This document shows, one piece after another, positions 1-12,959 of a stretch of 64,000 nt of DNA. Positions within the stretch are counted from its first letter, which is position 1, and every line of letters begins with the position of its first letter. This DNA is from Takakia lepidozioides (taxonomy: Eukaryota > Plantae > Bryophyta). Below the pieces are notes generated by a model. The model was not told the origin of the DNA. It did no database searches and was given only the letters and a program-made list of their open reading frames with translations. Made by a program: the position numbers and the translations under genes. Where the stretch lies: the NCBI GenBank assembly GCA_030704615.1, contig CM060732.1, positions 56,978,001-57,042,000 of the forward strand, in the 5' to 3' direction.

Positions 1-119
1 GGTTGGGGATTTTTCTCGGGTAGGAAGTCCTCGAGGATGAGATGATGGGGCAGGATGAGGCCTTGTCATTGACTGAGCAGGCAGGGAGTATTGCTCAAGA
101 GGTTGCAACATAGTAACCA

Positions 120-3100
120 ATGGACGCGTCATCTACATCTAAGCCCACTGGACTTAAGGTTGCAGTTACGGAGGACAATTGGGAGCCTGACATTGGACCC
201 ATTGTCACCGGAGGAGAGAGACGACATATACGGCGGTTCCTGAGGGCTTACAGGAATTGCTTTGCCTTCAGTTTGAAGGACTTGGGAGCACTGAAGGGTC
301 AAGAGATTCGTATTGAGTGGGCCACTGACACGCCAATCTTTCGGAGACCCTATAGATACAGTGACATGGAGAGGTCTTTGATTCAGATGAGGACTCAAGA
401 TCTTTGGGAGGCTGGTTTGGTGGAGCTCTCTGGTGGAGAGTATGCTTTAGCCACAGTGATGCCAGCCAAGAAGGATGTCTATGACAATTGGACGGAGAGA
501 CGTATGTGCGGTGATTACCGGCCTGTAAATTGTCAGACCAAGTCCGATAAGTATGCCATGCCAACACCAAAGGAGATCTTTGATGCCATCGGGCATGCTA
601 AGGTCTTTAGCACTTTGAATTTACGATCCGGATATCACTAGTTGCCAATCAAGGAGGCGGACAAGCAAAAGACGACATTCTAGGGTATCAATGAGCACGG
701 CAAGGATTGCCTATATCAGTGGCGGTTCTTACCATTTGGGCTTAAGAATGCTCCTGCAGAGTTTCAGAGAATCATGGATAGGATTCTAGCAGGGGTGGAC
801 TTTGCTCGGTGCAACATAGATGACATCATCATCTTTAGTGTTACGGTGGAGGAGCATGAGAGACACCTTCAGGTGGTATTGGAGCGCTTGAGAGCACATG
901 GATTGAAGTTGCATCCGGGGAAGTGCAAGTTTTTCCACAATCAGATTGAGTATCTAGGTCACATGATATATCCTGGAGGATTGGGGGGTTACAACAGACT
1001 AAGGTAGATGCCATTGCATAAATTCCACGCCCCATGCATGTGAGCCGAGTTCGAGCTTTCATGGGATTAGCAAACTATTATAGACGGTTTATCAAGGGAT
1101 TTAGTGCCTTTGCAAAGGCTCTAACCAAGCTGACCAAGGTGGCCAGAAGTGGCAGTGGGAAGATGAGCAGGAACAAACTTTTCAAAAGCTCAAAACGAGG
1201 TTGACCTCGGCGCCTATCCTGAGACGACCTATCAGGGGGTATCCCTTTCAGCTGCATACGGATTGGAGCATGCTGGGGCTTGGAGCGGTGCTCACACATG
1301 TGGATGATGAGGGAAGAGAGTTCGTAGTGGCTTATGCTAGCCGCTCGAACAACGCTGCAGAGGCTAAGTACAGCTCATATGAGGGAGAGTGCTTAGCTGC
1401 AGTATGGGACGTGGCACATTTCAGGTGCTATCTATACGACAATCTCTTCACCCTTGTCATGGATCACCAACCACTCAAGTGGTTGATGGAGTCAGACAAG
1501 CTTATAGGGAAGCTTGCACGGTGGGCACTCATACTCCAGGAGTACGACTTTCAAGTTGTGCATCGACCGGGTTTGGTCAATCGGGATGCGGATGGATTGA
1601 GTCGCAATCCATGCACGAGCCAACAAGATAACACTGGAGCTCAGTGGCATGGTGAGACGGACAAGGAGATGGTGTCGGGATGGCATGCATCTGCATTTTT
1701 GTGTATCTTGGCATCGGGAGGTCAGGTTGGACCTACAACAGGGATGATTGTAGACATAGTGTCTGAGGACCTTGAGGCTAGTGATGAGCCAGGTGGTACC
1801 CGAAATATACATGAGGATTCGGCTGTGTTGGACTACCTCCGTACTGGAGACACGGCAGCCACTGTGACTGCCAAGGAGAGGGATCGGATCCTGCAACGAG
1901 CCAAGAGGTTCAAGTGGGAGAGGATACATATGCTCCGAGTATGGGAGGATAGTCAGGTGAGGATTGTGCCTCACCCCACACAGCGTGCACGGTTAGTACG
2001 ACATGCCCATGAGGAGTTGGGGCATTTTGAAGTGCGACGCACTCACAGTTTACTGCAAGGGCAGTATTGGTGGCATGGTATGCATATAGAGGTGCAACAG
2101 TTCGTGGCTAGGTGCATGGTGTGTGATAGGGTGCATGATTCATTCAACGCCCCTACACCACAGTTGCATCCTTTACCAATCATGGGATTGGGCTACAGGT
2201 GGAGTCTTGACTTCGCAGGACCGTTGCCACTGACTATGCGCCACCACAGATATGTGTTGGTGATGGTGGAGCACTTCTCCAAGTGGATTGAGTTGGTTCC
2301 ATTGCCTGACAAGGCTAGTGAGGGGGCTGCGTATGCATTCTTCGATCGTGTGCTTAGCCGATTCGGGCTGAGGTACTCACGGACCAAGGGAGAGAGTACT
2401 TGGGGGAGTTTCAGGCTTTGTGTGATAAAGCCTTGATAGACCACTGCACCACTTCTTGGGATCATCCTGAGGCCGATGGCTTGGCAGAGAGAGTTGTTCA
2501 GACGGTGAAGAGGGGTTTGCGCAAGTATGGCTTGCAGAAGGGACACCTAGGAGATTGGGATCTTCAGGTGCCTTGGTTAGCCATGGGCTACAGGTTCAAC
2601 AAACAAGCATCATTTGCCTTCTTCTCACCATATTTCCTTCTCTTTGGCCGAGAGCCGGATTTGCCTGTAGCCATTCGTAGGGACACTGCTCAAGTCCTTA
2701 ACCTTGACGATCCGGACGTGTGGGTACGTGCATGTGATCAGCGTGCAGAGTTGTTCAAGAAAGTCATGCCCATGGCTTTTGAGAACCTTGCCATTGCACA
2801 GCACCGTGATACGTTGAGGTATGCCACTCTACGTGGTGGAGGATATCATCATGGGGTTCGGCGGTTTAGCCCGGGTGACTATGTTTATTTGCAGCAGACT
2901 GCTCCTACGACCCTGAATGTCACTGCAGGGCGTGTTATTCTGAGGGTTCGAGAGGTGTTGCCCTCAGGAGTCCTGATCTTGGAGGGTCGGGATGGCATGA
3001 CTTGGAAAGACCATGTGCGTAATTGTGCGCCATGTCACCTTCCCAATGTCGATGGCAGAGTTGACCCAAACTTGGCAGTGGTACCTGCAGGTTTGAGGTG

Positions 3101-3242
3101 CATGCTCGGTGGATCTGCCAAAGGGGCAGCCACCATGCTGGTGTGTGATCGATGCTCAAGAGGTTGGCATATGGGATGCTTGACACCACCTCTTGAGAGG
3201 GTTCCTGATGGAGATTGGTTATGTCCACACTGCTTGGGATAG
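120..3242 (+). pseudogene. pol remnant: RT, RNase H, integrase, C-terminal PHD finger
   Basis: RT motifs RMCGDYRPVN, LPFGLKNAP and degenerate NIDD; RNase H LHTDWS...VAYASR...EGECLA...DHQPL; IN H-x6-H...CxxC, LDFAGP, HPEADGLAER. Broken by stops (e.g. 639-641) and frameshifts near 985, 1140 and 2370. Confidence 0.93.
3099..3236 (+). other. PHD finger fused to integrase C-terminus
   Basis: CMLG...MLVCDRCSRGWHMGCLTPPLERVPDGDWLCPHC fits the C4HC3 PHD pattern; the second Cys is Gly in this copy. Confidence 0.9.
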
Positions 3243-3491
3243 TGGCAGTGGACATGACTGGAGGCAGCTAACAAGACATGGGAGGCCAAGCTCATGGGGG
3301 TCAATACACGAGATCCCAGGCTCAAGTTCATAGGTTGCAAGACGGCGACTAACGATGGGGCAACTCTTGCACCCGGCCTCTTGATCTATCGAGTTTGAGT
3401 GTAGTAGGGACAGTGGTGGAGGACTTAGTGAGGCTATGGTCACTATCACATCTTGTGGCTACCTAGACTTAGAGGGACCTAAGCACCAGCT

Positions 3492-3501
3492 AGGGGGGCG
3501 A
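3492..3501 (+). other. Polypurine tract
   Basis: AGGGGGGCGA, one base before the TG that starts repeat A at 3503. Confidence 0.75.
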
Positions 3502-3502
3502 T

Positions 3503-4208
3503 TGTGTGGACTAGTGACTGCCATAGTAGGCAGCATAGTGGCAGCCTAGTGACTGACTAGTTGTAGCCTAGTGGTTGAACTAGTGGTTGGACTAGTGGTA
3601 GACTAGTGGTATACTAGTGTGTGGCGTGCACATGTGTTGGGTGGTTTTGGACAGCGATGTAGTTGTGTAGCGATATGTATGCGCACGACAGCTGTCAAGT
3701 TATTTTAACACTAGTATGAAACTAGCTAGGAAATAGCTAGCTTTTACATATTGACATTTGGGATTGGCCCAAGTGTCAATCCAGGGGTCAAGGCAGATTT
3801 AGGCCCTGGAGTGGTTATCTTCACGGCAAGCGCGGGAGGCTCATCTTTCTCAAGTTGAGCCTCACCGCGCCTAGTTATGGCGCCATAGTGTGGATTCCCC
3901 ATAACGTGGGGTGCACTTGGCTTGACTTGTATTTGAGTGATGAGGTTATATATGCATGAGTTTATGCTTCAACTTTGTGAGCTCGCATGAGCTTGTGCTT
4001 ATATTCTTCTTCTTTATCATTGTGTGGATTATTGACTGTCATAGTGGGCAGCATAGTGGCAGCCTAGTGACTGACTAGTTGTAGCCTAGTGGTTGAACTA
4101 GTGGCTGGACTAGTGGTGGACTAGTGGTAGACTAGTGTGTGGCGTGCACATGTGTTGTGTGGTTTTGGACAACGATGTAGTTGTGTAGCGATATGTATGC
4201 ACACCACA
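3503..4208 (+). repeat. Split terminal repeats: A1 (3503-3690), GC, B (3693-4019), T, A2 (4021-4208)
   Basis: A1 and A2 are about 188-bp direct repeats containing CTAGTGGT microrepeats. B matches the 5' termini of the copies at 33887-34212 and 45091-45417. Confidence 0.9.
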
Positions 4209-6990
4209 TGTTCGATACGAGGAGGTTGGAAAACAAAGATGTCCAGTCACAGTAGGGACCATGTGGCTAGACACCACAAATTCCTCACCCAAAAAATGTC
4301 TCTTTCTACCTCCAGACCCTTCACATTGCTTCACAGTTTCGATAAAAATCAGAGATCGAGATATCTCTGTAAAAACACTTTTGGACTCAGGGGCTTCAGC
4401 ATATTTTATTGACAAATTTTTTGCAAAACAACACAATTTAACGCTCGTAAAGAAGAAACTCTCGGCCCCCATTGAAGTCATCGATGGACGACCGTTAACA
4501 TCAGGAAATGTTGACCATGAAACTCGACCACTTGAAGTGAAGCTTGAAGATCAAGCATCACATATTGTTTTCAACATCATCCAGTCTCCAACGAATCATG
4601 TGATCCTTGGACTTCCCTGGTTCGTACTTCACAATCCTGACATCGACTGACGATCGCGAAAAATTTCTGCACGGCAAAAATGTAGAAATATCAAAGGTAT
4701 TCAATCCCTGTTCCTTGGAGCTAGAACTTTCATGAGAGCTACCAAAAAGGATGCGGCATTTGCACTTTATGCGAGTTCGATCAAGACCACAACAAACAAA
4801 AGTACTTCGACATTACCCATTCAATATCAAGATTTCAAGGATGTTTTCGAGAAGAAAAATGCAGACATATTGCCAGAACATCAACCTTATGACTGTGCAA
4901 TTGAGTTACAAGAAGGAGCCCAACCACCATTCGGCCCAATCTATAACTTATCCCAGACGGAGTTGGCTATATTACGTGAGTACATTGATGAAAATTTGTC
5001 GAAGAACTTCATCCGACATTCAAAATCACCTGCGGGGGTGCCTATGTTGTTTGTGAAAAAGAAAGACGGATCATTACGCATGTGTGTGGACTATCGCGGT
5101 CTCAACAAAGTCACAATTAAGAATCGTTATCCATTGCCGCTGATTTCTGGGCTTCTCGACCAACTGGGACGAGCGAAGATTTTCACCAAAATTGACTTGA
5201 GATGGGCTTATAACCTTGTACGGATAAAAGAATAAGACGAATGAAAAACAGCTTTTTGAACAAGGTATGGACATTTTGAATACAGTGTTATGTCTTTCGG
5301 TCTTACAAATGCTCCAGCAATTTTCCAACATATGATGAATGACATATTTCGAGAAGTTTTAGATGACTTTGTAGTCATCTATTTGGACGACATTTTGATA
5401 TTTTCACATAATGAAGAAGAACATGGCCGCCATGTATGCCTTGTCCTTGATAAATTAAGAGAAAGAGGATTATATGCTAAGTTGAAAAAATGTCTTTTCC
5501 ATCAATCTGAGGTCGAATTTTTGGGCTACATTATTTCCGACAAAAACGTCTTTATGGATCAGAAGAAAATACAAACCATCATCGAGTGGATTAAACCAAC
5601 TTCGGTCCAAGATGTATAATGTTTTCTGGGATTTGCAAATTTCTATAGAATCTTCATCAAGGACTACTCCAAAATTGCTGCACCATTGACATGATTCACA
5701 GGGAAAGACAAATTTGTATGGGACGAGAAGGCTGACCAGACATTTGAAAGGCTGAAGCAGACATTTACAACGGCCCCAATACTGGTACATGCAGACCCAT
5801 CTAAACCATTCTTTTTGGAAGCAGATACATCGGACTTTGCACTTGGCGCTATATTCTCTCAATACGGTACGGATGGCCGACTTCACCCTGTTGGTTTTCG
5901 TAATCGCAAATTTTCCGCTGCAGAGATCAATTTTGAAATCCATGACAAAGAACTTCTATCGATCATCGATGTTTTTTAGGAGTGGCGTCATCTATTGGAG
6001 GGAGCTAAACATCAGGTCATTGTCTACACCGATCACAAAAACCTCGAATATTTTATGAGTGCTCGTGTTTTGAATCGACGTCAAGCAAGATGGAGTATGT
6101 CACTAGCAAGGTTTGATTTTGTTATTACATATAGCCCCGGACATCTTCAAGGGAAACCTGATGTTCTTTCTCGACTATCGTATCTTGCGCCGTAAAAAAA
6201 GGAGGCAGCTTTCGACCAACATAAATCCATCATCTTGAAACCAACAAATCTCCAATTGAATATGTTATCAATGTCCACCTATGACGATGCAGAGATCATA
6301 AAGAAGATTCAAGAAGCACTGAAGAGCGACCAATTTGCTACGACACTACGAAGTCAACTAAATCGACCTCGAGACAACCCACATGTTACAAACGATTTCG
6401 AATTCAAAGATGACTTACTTTATTTCAAGGGACTTCTCTATGTACCTCCAGGACCTACACAACTGCAAATTCTTCAAACATGTCATGATCTTCCGGCTGT
6501 AGGACATTTCGGCTTCAACAAAACAATGGAATTGATATCCAGGGATTATTGGTGGCCGCAGATGTGGAAACTTGTGAAAGAATTTATAAAATCTTGCGAC
6601 ACGTGTGCTAGAACAAAGGGACCACGACATCGACCTTATGGCCTTCTTCAACGATTACCCAATCCCAATGGTCCATGGTCGTCCGTGTCTATGGACTTTA
6701 TTACGGACATTCCAATTTCCAAAATCACTGATTCAATCCTTGTTATTGTAGATCGTTTTACAAAAATGACACATTTCATTCCATGTAATAAGACGGTCCG
6801 ACGAGAATACTGCAAGACTCTTCCTCAATAATATCTACCGCATTCATGGACTCCCGAAGGACATCGTATCTGATCGAGGACCACAGTTCATATCAAATTT
6901 CTGGAGGGGATTATTTCACATATTGGATACTAAGATCAATCTCTGTACAGCTAATAATCCACAGACCGATGGTCAAACCGAACGCGTAAA

Positions 6991-7560
6991 CACTTCGTCG
7001 ATTTCATACTGATTTCCTGATTGACTTCGATTGATGGAGGTGGTACGGAGACTATCCTTGGAATATTCGATGGATGATACAACTTCAATAATGAAACATG
7101 AAAGAATGGATGGATGCGCATACTTCGTTGGAGTTCAAGCCGAAAACTGACCGGATTTATTTGTCGAATAATTTTGAATGGTCCCAGACGTTGATAATCC
7201 AACTTCTTTGATGGTCACGAGGTTTGTATGTCCCGTCGAAGAAGCCACACATGATCTCTGACCTTGAACTGGGGTTGGAGTTGGCGATGTTGATCTGTAT
7301 ACTCCTTGTATTGTTTTTGAGCTTCTCCGAGGTGGAATGTAAGCTCCTTGTGAATCGTAGCAAGATGAGTAGCAAGGTTTTCTACAGCAGGGCTTCCAAC
7401 AGTCTTCATGAGGAAAGGGTTTGCTCGAGGATGATGACCATAATTGGAGAAAAATGGAGTTTGTTTGGTCGAAGAATGCATAGTGTTGTTGTAGGCAAAC
7501 TCAGCCAATGACAGAAGGTCCGTCCAATTATCTTGGTGATAATTTATCGTACAGCGAAGA
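6991..7560 (-). other. Internal inversion of the integrase C-terminal segment of the Tcn1-like element
   Basis: The plus frame reads ...[10 protein letters not shown] to 6990. The continuation (AEFAYNN...TPFF...LGPFKI...[11 protein letters not shown]) is on the minus strand from 7560 to 6991. The plus-strand chromodomain tail resumes at 7561. Confidence 0.85.
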
Positions 7561-7807
7561 TTCTACTCTTCATCCAACCTTGCCAATGCATCTGACAAAG
7601 TCCAAGAGTTTCATCAACGATATCCAGCTAAGCCCCGAGCTACACGTCAATAAGACGTCACAACGATGATGCCAGTCAAGTTAGCTTCAAGGTGAAGATT
7701 CCACATTCAGTGTATCTGATACACATTAAGGATGGAGGTTCTCCAACTCTAAGCAAGTCCAAGATTTTACCGCTCCTCGAGAAACTCGGCGCTAGAGGAG
7801 GGGGTCA

Positions 7808-8386
7808 TGTCACGGACATAGCCCAGAGGAACTTACCAGGAGTAAATACCAAAAATTATCAAGTTACCATGTTATCGAAAGTTGTCGTGATCTACCATGA
7901 TCTACCATGATTTATCATAAGTTACCATTAGTTACCAAGTTACCGGGAGTTTATCAAATTACCCAGAGTAACTTGGGAAACTGCTTAGAAAGCTTCATTT
8001 AGAGGAAACTTCTCCATCAAGAAACCTCCTTTGGAGAAGTCTCTTAGGGAACCTCCTAGTAACCAGTATATATAGAAGGCGAGACTGGACAATCTTCAGT
8101 CTCGCCAACACAATTTCAAGCTACTCTTGTTTCCAGTCCCAGTACGTTAGTCCAGCTTCCAGTATTCTAGTCCAGTTTCCAGTATCTAGTACTCCAGTCC
8201 AGTTTCCAGCATTCCAGTATCCAAGTCAAGTTCCAGTATCTTGTACTCTTGTCCATTGTTATAAATATCATCTTTGATTTATATATACCCATCATGCATT
8301 CGGCCATGCCGACCTTGACTTCTTAATAGTCTTGTACCTCTAGTCTGATCTCTTGTTTGTGTTCAGTGATGCTCTCGTCCTTGACA
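7808..8386 (+). repeat. 3' LTR of the Tcn1-like element
   Basis: TGTCA...TGACA termini just after the PPT GAGGAGGGGG; TATATATA at about 8068; CCAGT and TTACCA microrepeats. Confidence 0.8.
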
Positions 8387-11300
8387 GCTCTCATCTCCCT
8401 CTCGTAGGTTCAAACTCGTGGGAGGGGACTATTCAAACTTAACAACAGTTTCCTTAAAATTCCATCCTTCAAATCAAGTCTCTTACAGTCCCAAGCTGGA
8501 TCAGTGGGTGAGAATCCAACTCAATGGTTCCAAGCAAAGTTGTTAAAGCAGTTTGCGTGGTTATTCAACGTATGAGCTTACATTTGGCAGGCATTAAGAA
8601 GTTACGTAGAACTAAAGCCCTCACTAAATGTCTCAAGGTATATCAAGCCAGATTACAATCTTAGCACTGTGATGACATCACCTATCAAACCCACATGGAA
8701 GCCGGGAAGAACATGAAAGAATACCCAAGCCTACCAAAACAGAAGCTCAAACTTTAAGTGGAAATCAGCTGGTCAACTAAAAAAGAAAAGACGACTAATT
8801 TTTTTTTTGATAAAACCAAGTTACGATGTCCAACCTAGAACGTAACTGAACTCATAGACCCAAGCTATCAGCTAGTACCACTGCCTCCACGCCAAAACAG
8901 CTGGCAGATCTTGCCTCCAACCATTTTCAAAACCTATTTCGTAGCACTTGACATGGCCTTCGACCTGCCTTCCTCGCCCCACCAACTAGCATGCTTAGCT
9001 CTTACCCCAACTCTTCTCTCTCCCGACTCAGCCTCTAGTCTTGAAGGAGATTTCACTGTCATTGAATTAGGGGAAGCCCTGACCAAGCTTCATTATGATA
9101 AATCGTAAGGTCTGGTTGGCCTCCAGGTTGAATTCTACAAAACTCTATTGATGGATATATCGGATGATTTCACTGCCATGACCAACCAAAGCTTTCAGCA
9201 ACGTAGCATGCCAAAGGCCATGTCTCAAGGTCTCATCACACTGATATTCAAAAAGGGGGACAGAACAAACATTTCTAATTACCGCCCAATTACGCTCATC
9301 AACATGGCTTACAAAATCATAGCCAAGGCTCTGGCCCTAAGACTCCAACCTCTTTTCCCCTCTTTGATCCGTACAAATCAAACACGAGGCATCCTGTCTG
9401 GTGATCTTAGCAAATCGACTCTTGGGGATGACCCTACTTGGGGAGTCAATCATGGTATGAGATGGCTACAATCTGCTCAAACTACAACCCTCTTGGGCTA
9501 CACACTTTGGAGTAGGTCTGTCCGACCAGCAACGTTTTGCCTCGACCCTCACGAAGCTCAAAACCGAACTGACCTATTGGGGTTCCAAACACTTATCCAT
9601 AACGGGCAAAGCCCTGGTAGCAAACCAAATCATCTCCGCCAGCGTCTAGTTCTTTGATTCCTCTTGACGACATGTTGACTCAGCTCAAGTTCAATAAGTC
9701 AAAAAAATGTTGTGCAACTTCATCTGGGGAGCAAAAAAATTGAGACAAAAGAAAAGACCGCAAAATGCATGGAAAGAAATCTGCCTTCCTAAAATAATGG
9801 GTGGTTGGCAGGTTCATTGATCCTAAAACACTTACATCATTTTTAGAAAAATGGTCTCCACGCTTCTTTAGCCCAGAAAGGAGATGGTGGAAGATCTTGA
9901 TCAGTGGTAACATTTGTGCTTCCTCCCCCCTGAAAAATATACTATGGCACCATCCTTGCGATGGGTTACATAGGGTTTCAGGCACAAATCAATTGGGACC
10001 CCCTCTTTGGTCTGCAACTTGGCATGCATGGGGCAGGCTCCACCCCTTCCTTACAAAAGCACAACCCGAATATTTCTCTTCCTTAAAACCAACACTCCTT
10101 TGACGGATCAAAAAACCAAGCTAGAAGATGATCCACCAAGGATGTAAGAGGTATTGGCCAAATTCGGGACCTATGGGCAAATGGCTCTCTCATACATCCG
10201 ACCTCGCTAGCTGAGAAACTTGATAAGCCAGGTCAAATCTGGGATATGACTCAGTCATCTTCACCGTTCAACCCCAATGGCTCTAGACACTTATGATTGC
10301 CCCTTTGTTTCCGAAGCTCAACTACTTGACTCTCGGTATTGTCTGTAACCAACTAACAATCATCTTCGTCCATGATCCACTAATTAGGCCATTTCGGGGT
10401 TTCTGATTGTCATTTACCCATTCACTCTAGTCCTCAAACTCACCACCAGACAATTGGTGGGGATCCCTTCCCACCACCCCCCCACACACACACACCCATC
10501 AGGATCTGTTGTTAGTCCTCCCCAACCAAAGAAATGAATCCCCAATGTTCCCAATCATACCTAGCTGACTTCCAACACATTCGTTTGGATATCTGGTAGA
10601 CCGCTAGAGGAATTCCACTTTGAAATGAATCCCCAATGTTCCCAGTCACACATAGCTGACTTCCAACACATTCGTTTGCCACTTTGACCCTAAAGAATGG
10701 TTCTACGTGTTTGCCCATTCTGCACACCATTTCTTTGCTTACACAACCAAGAAAGCCTACAAGGCCCTCACCAATGCCCAGCCATTGTTAGCAAAATGTA
10801 ATGACAAATGGGACACTTACAACTTCTAGAATGAAAACAGGAATGTTATATGGGGCTCAAACTGGATCAAAAGTCGTCCTACCAAGGTCTTGGCTTTCCT
10901 CTAACAGATTAAAACATGGTCCTCAAAGCTTGGGCTCCAATTTCATGAGGCAATTTTGTGTAGCTGCCTCGGCCTGCTGCTCATCAGACATCATAGAATC
11001 CATCGAGCACTGCCTCCCACAATGTCATGCGCATGTTCAAATTTGGCCCCTCACAAGACCCTATATGGAAGTTGGAAAACCAAAAATCTTGATTTGCTCC
11101 TCAACTACAACCAAATGAATAAGCAAAAATCCTTAAACTGCCCAGTATTCAAAACCATTTGAAGCTCTACCCTCTGGCCTCTCTGGAAGACCCAATGTAA
11201 CAAATTTGCATTCTGTTTATCAAGACTTGCAAAATGAGGCTCGAAAGGCTTGGGCTAAATTTTCTGCATATATCGAGCGAGCTCCACTAAATACAGCGGC

Positions 11301-11670
11301 GCTCCATGCTATCTTCAGAGCTACATGGGCACATCAAGGGATCCTATGTAGTGCTTCGCAAGACAAATGCATCTGGAACAAACAATCCCCTGACTTACTG
11401 GTGCAATATCCACACAACCCTCCACCGCATTCCCTGAGTTCGAACGCGAGATCAACTGGTGACACATGAGGACACCTCCACAACTTCACGACTCTGTTCT
11501 CTCTAACCGTAGGCTTATCATATTTAGTTTTGGCCTAGCTCATATTTTTCCTCTATGGATTGTTGCAATCTCTGTCTTCAGGTGATCCTACCGTGTTGAT
11601 TCTCTCTCCATGTGAGAGTTTGGTTCGTATTTTACTGAATACGGTGTGTGTGTCTTATGACGTAATCCGG
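8387..11670 (+). mobile_element. Degenerate L1-type LINE ORF2 remnant
   Basis: GLFKLNNSFL at about 8425; RT start GLITLIFKKGDRTNISNYRPITLINMAYKIIAKALALRLQ (9229-9350); C-terminal CC...ESIEHCLPQC zinc finger at about 10975-11025. The RT core appears deleted near 9390. Ends are approximate. Confidence 0.75.
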
Positions 11671-12329
11671 GGTTTTAGTCTTTTTTCCCACAACCCAAAT
11701 AAAGTTCTCTAAGGACCTCAATCCCCTGTTCATTATTTTTTAAAATAATAAAAATATATTTATATATTATTTCAAGGCCAGCTTGGCAAGTGAAAGTTTC
11801 TCTAGGAACAAAATATATACTTGGGTTTTTGCCTAAAGGGAATAATGGATTTTTCATGGTTATAATGTATATAAATAGAATCCAAGGCTAGATTCCTGGC
11901 TAGCACTATTTTCACATGCTACAAAAAATTGGATAGTTCCAGGAATTATTTTTGGAAGTACCGCCCTCTAAAAGCAAAAAATAAAAACAATATGAAACAA
12001 ACCATTTTATTGAGTAATGCCACCAATAGGGTCATCATTTTAATTGCAAGTATCAGTTCGTCCATTGGCCCTTTCTATTTCTGGCATGTTCATTGGCCTA
12101 TTTGCCATACTCTAATGAACACATCAAACAACTTTAGATACGCACACAGTAAGAACAGTTGATATTTAATAACTATTCTTAACGGCCACCTTAATAAAAA
12201 TCCAATTTTAACTGCTTTTGGACTTAAATTTGGTCTAGAGATAACTTTAAACATATGAATGAGTCCCCTCGCTATTAGGATCACATATATCTGAACTAAG
12301 CCCAACTAAAAATACAATTTCCAAAGTCA

Positions 12330-12780
12330 TCGCCTCGTTCCCAAGATCACAAAAGATCACGACGCTCCTGCAGTTCTGTAGATAAAGCCTTCGACAAGAT
12401 TCTCGACGCTTCAAATGCTTATCTAAAGTCTTTTTATGGGTGAGCCGATCTTGACTTCCCTTCACAGACTTTTTGATAAGATCCTTTGACATCTCACACT
12501 CAGTGCATTTTGCAAAAACACTTCCAAACTTACGTACTTCAACATTTGAAAAAACTCGTTTCCAAATCCCGTTTATGGTTGAGCTCGAAATAGGTGCTAG
12601 ACCGAGGATACTATTGGCTTGCATCCAAAATGAAAGCGAATCAATTGATGGAGTACACAACTTCGAACATGGGTCCAATGTGACAATAAGTACCGAGCCC
12701 ATACAATAATTAATTAGTGCATGGTAGTCAAGTGACTCAAACAAATAGAAAATGACCTCCGCCAACCAGTTGATCGAGGA
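12330..12780 (-). pseudogene. Possible DNA-transposon transposase fragment (Sola-like CxxC...H region)
   Basis: IWKRVFSNVEVRKFGSVFAKCTECE...LDKHLKRRESCRRLY resembles the pre-catalytic CxxC/H region of Sola-type transposases; no DDD core seen. Confidence 0.3.
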
Positions 12781-12959
12781 GGCCACCGCTCAAGAAGACA
12801 AGAAGGATGCAAGAAGTGGACGAAATTCCATTGCCAACAAATGCTATATATGTACATATAACGCCAACTGGAGCTAGCATAAGTAAGAGCCTCTTACTTG
12901 CAGGTATTGCCTCCTTTCGGGGGTGGGTTATATCAGCACTTGAACCATTCAAGTAGTGG

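Larger units (their letters stand above)
1..4208 (+). mobile_element. Ty3/Gypsy LTR retrotransposon, DNMT3/PHD family, copy 1 (3' part; 5' part lies upstream of the window)
   Basis: Domain order RT-RNaseH-IN-PHD, then PPT and A-B-A terminal repeats ending in CA at 4208. Bases 1-410 align with the post-methyltransferase linker and RT start of copy 2 (38460 to 38054, minus strand). Confidence 0.93.
4209..8386 (+). mobile_element. Tcn1-like chromovirus (Ty3/Gypsy) remnant, interrupted on its 5' side by copy 1
   Basis: Protease LLDSGAS; [13 protein letters not shown] and YLDD; RNase H EADTSDFA and TDHKNL; IN HxxxxxGH...CDTC and MDFITD; chromodomain tail NLANASDKVQEFH at about 7575-7630; PPT 7795-7804. 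Many stops. Confidence 0.88.

Noticed and set aside
3503-4208. A-B-A as an independent TRIM or mini-element
   Set aside because: B has no PBS or PPT of its own and is the 5' terminus of long copies. The TSD of copy 2 pairs a B start with an A end.
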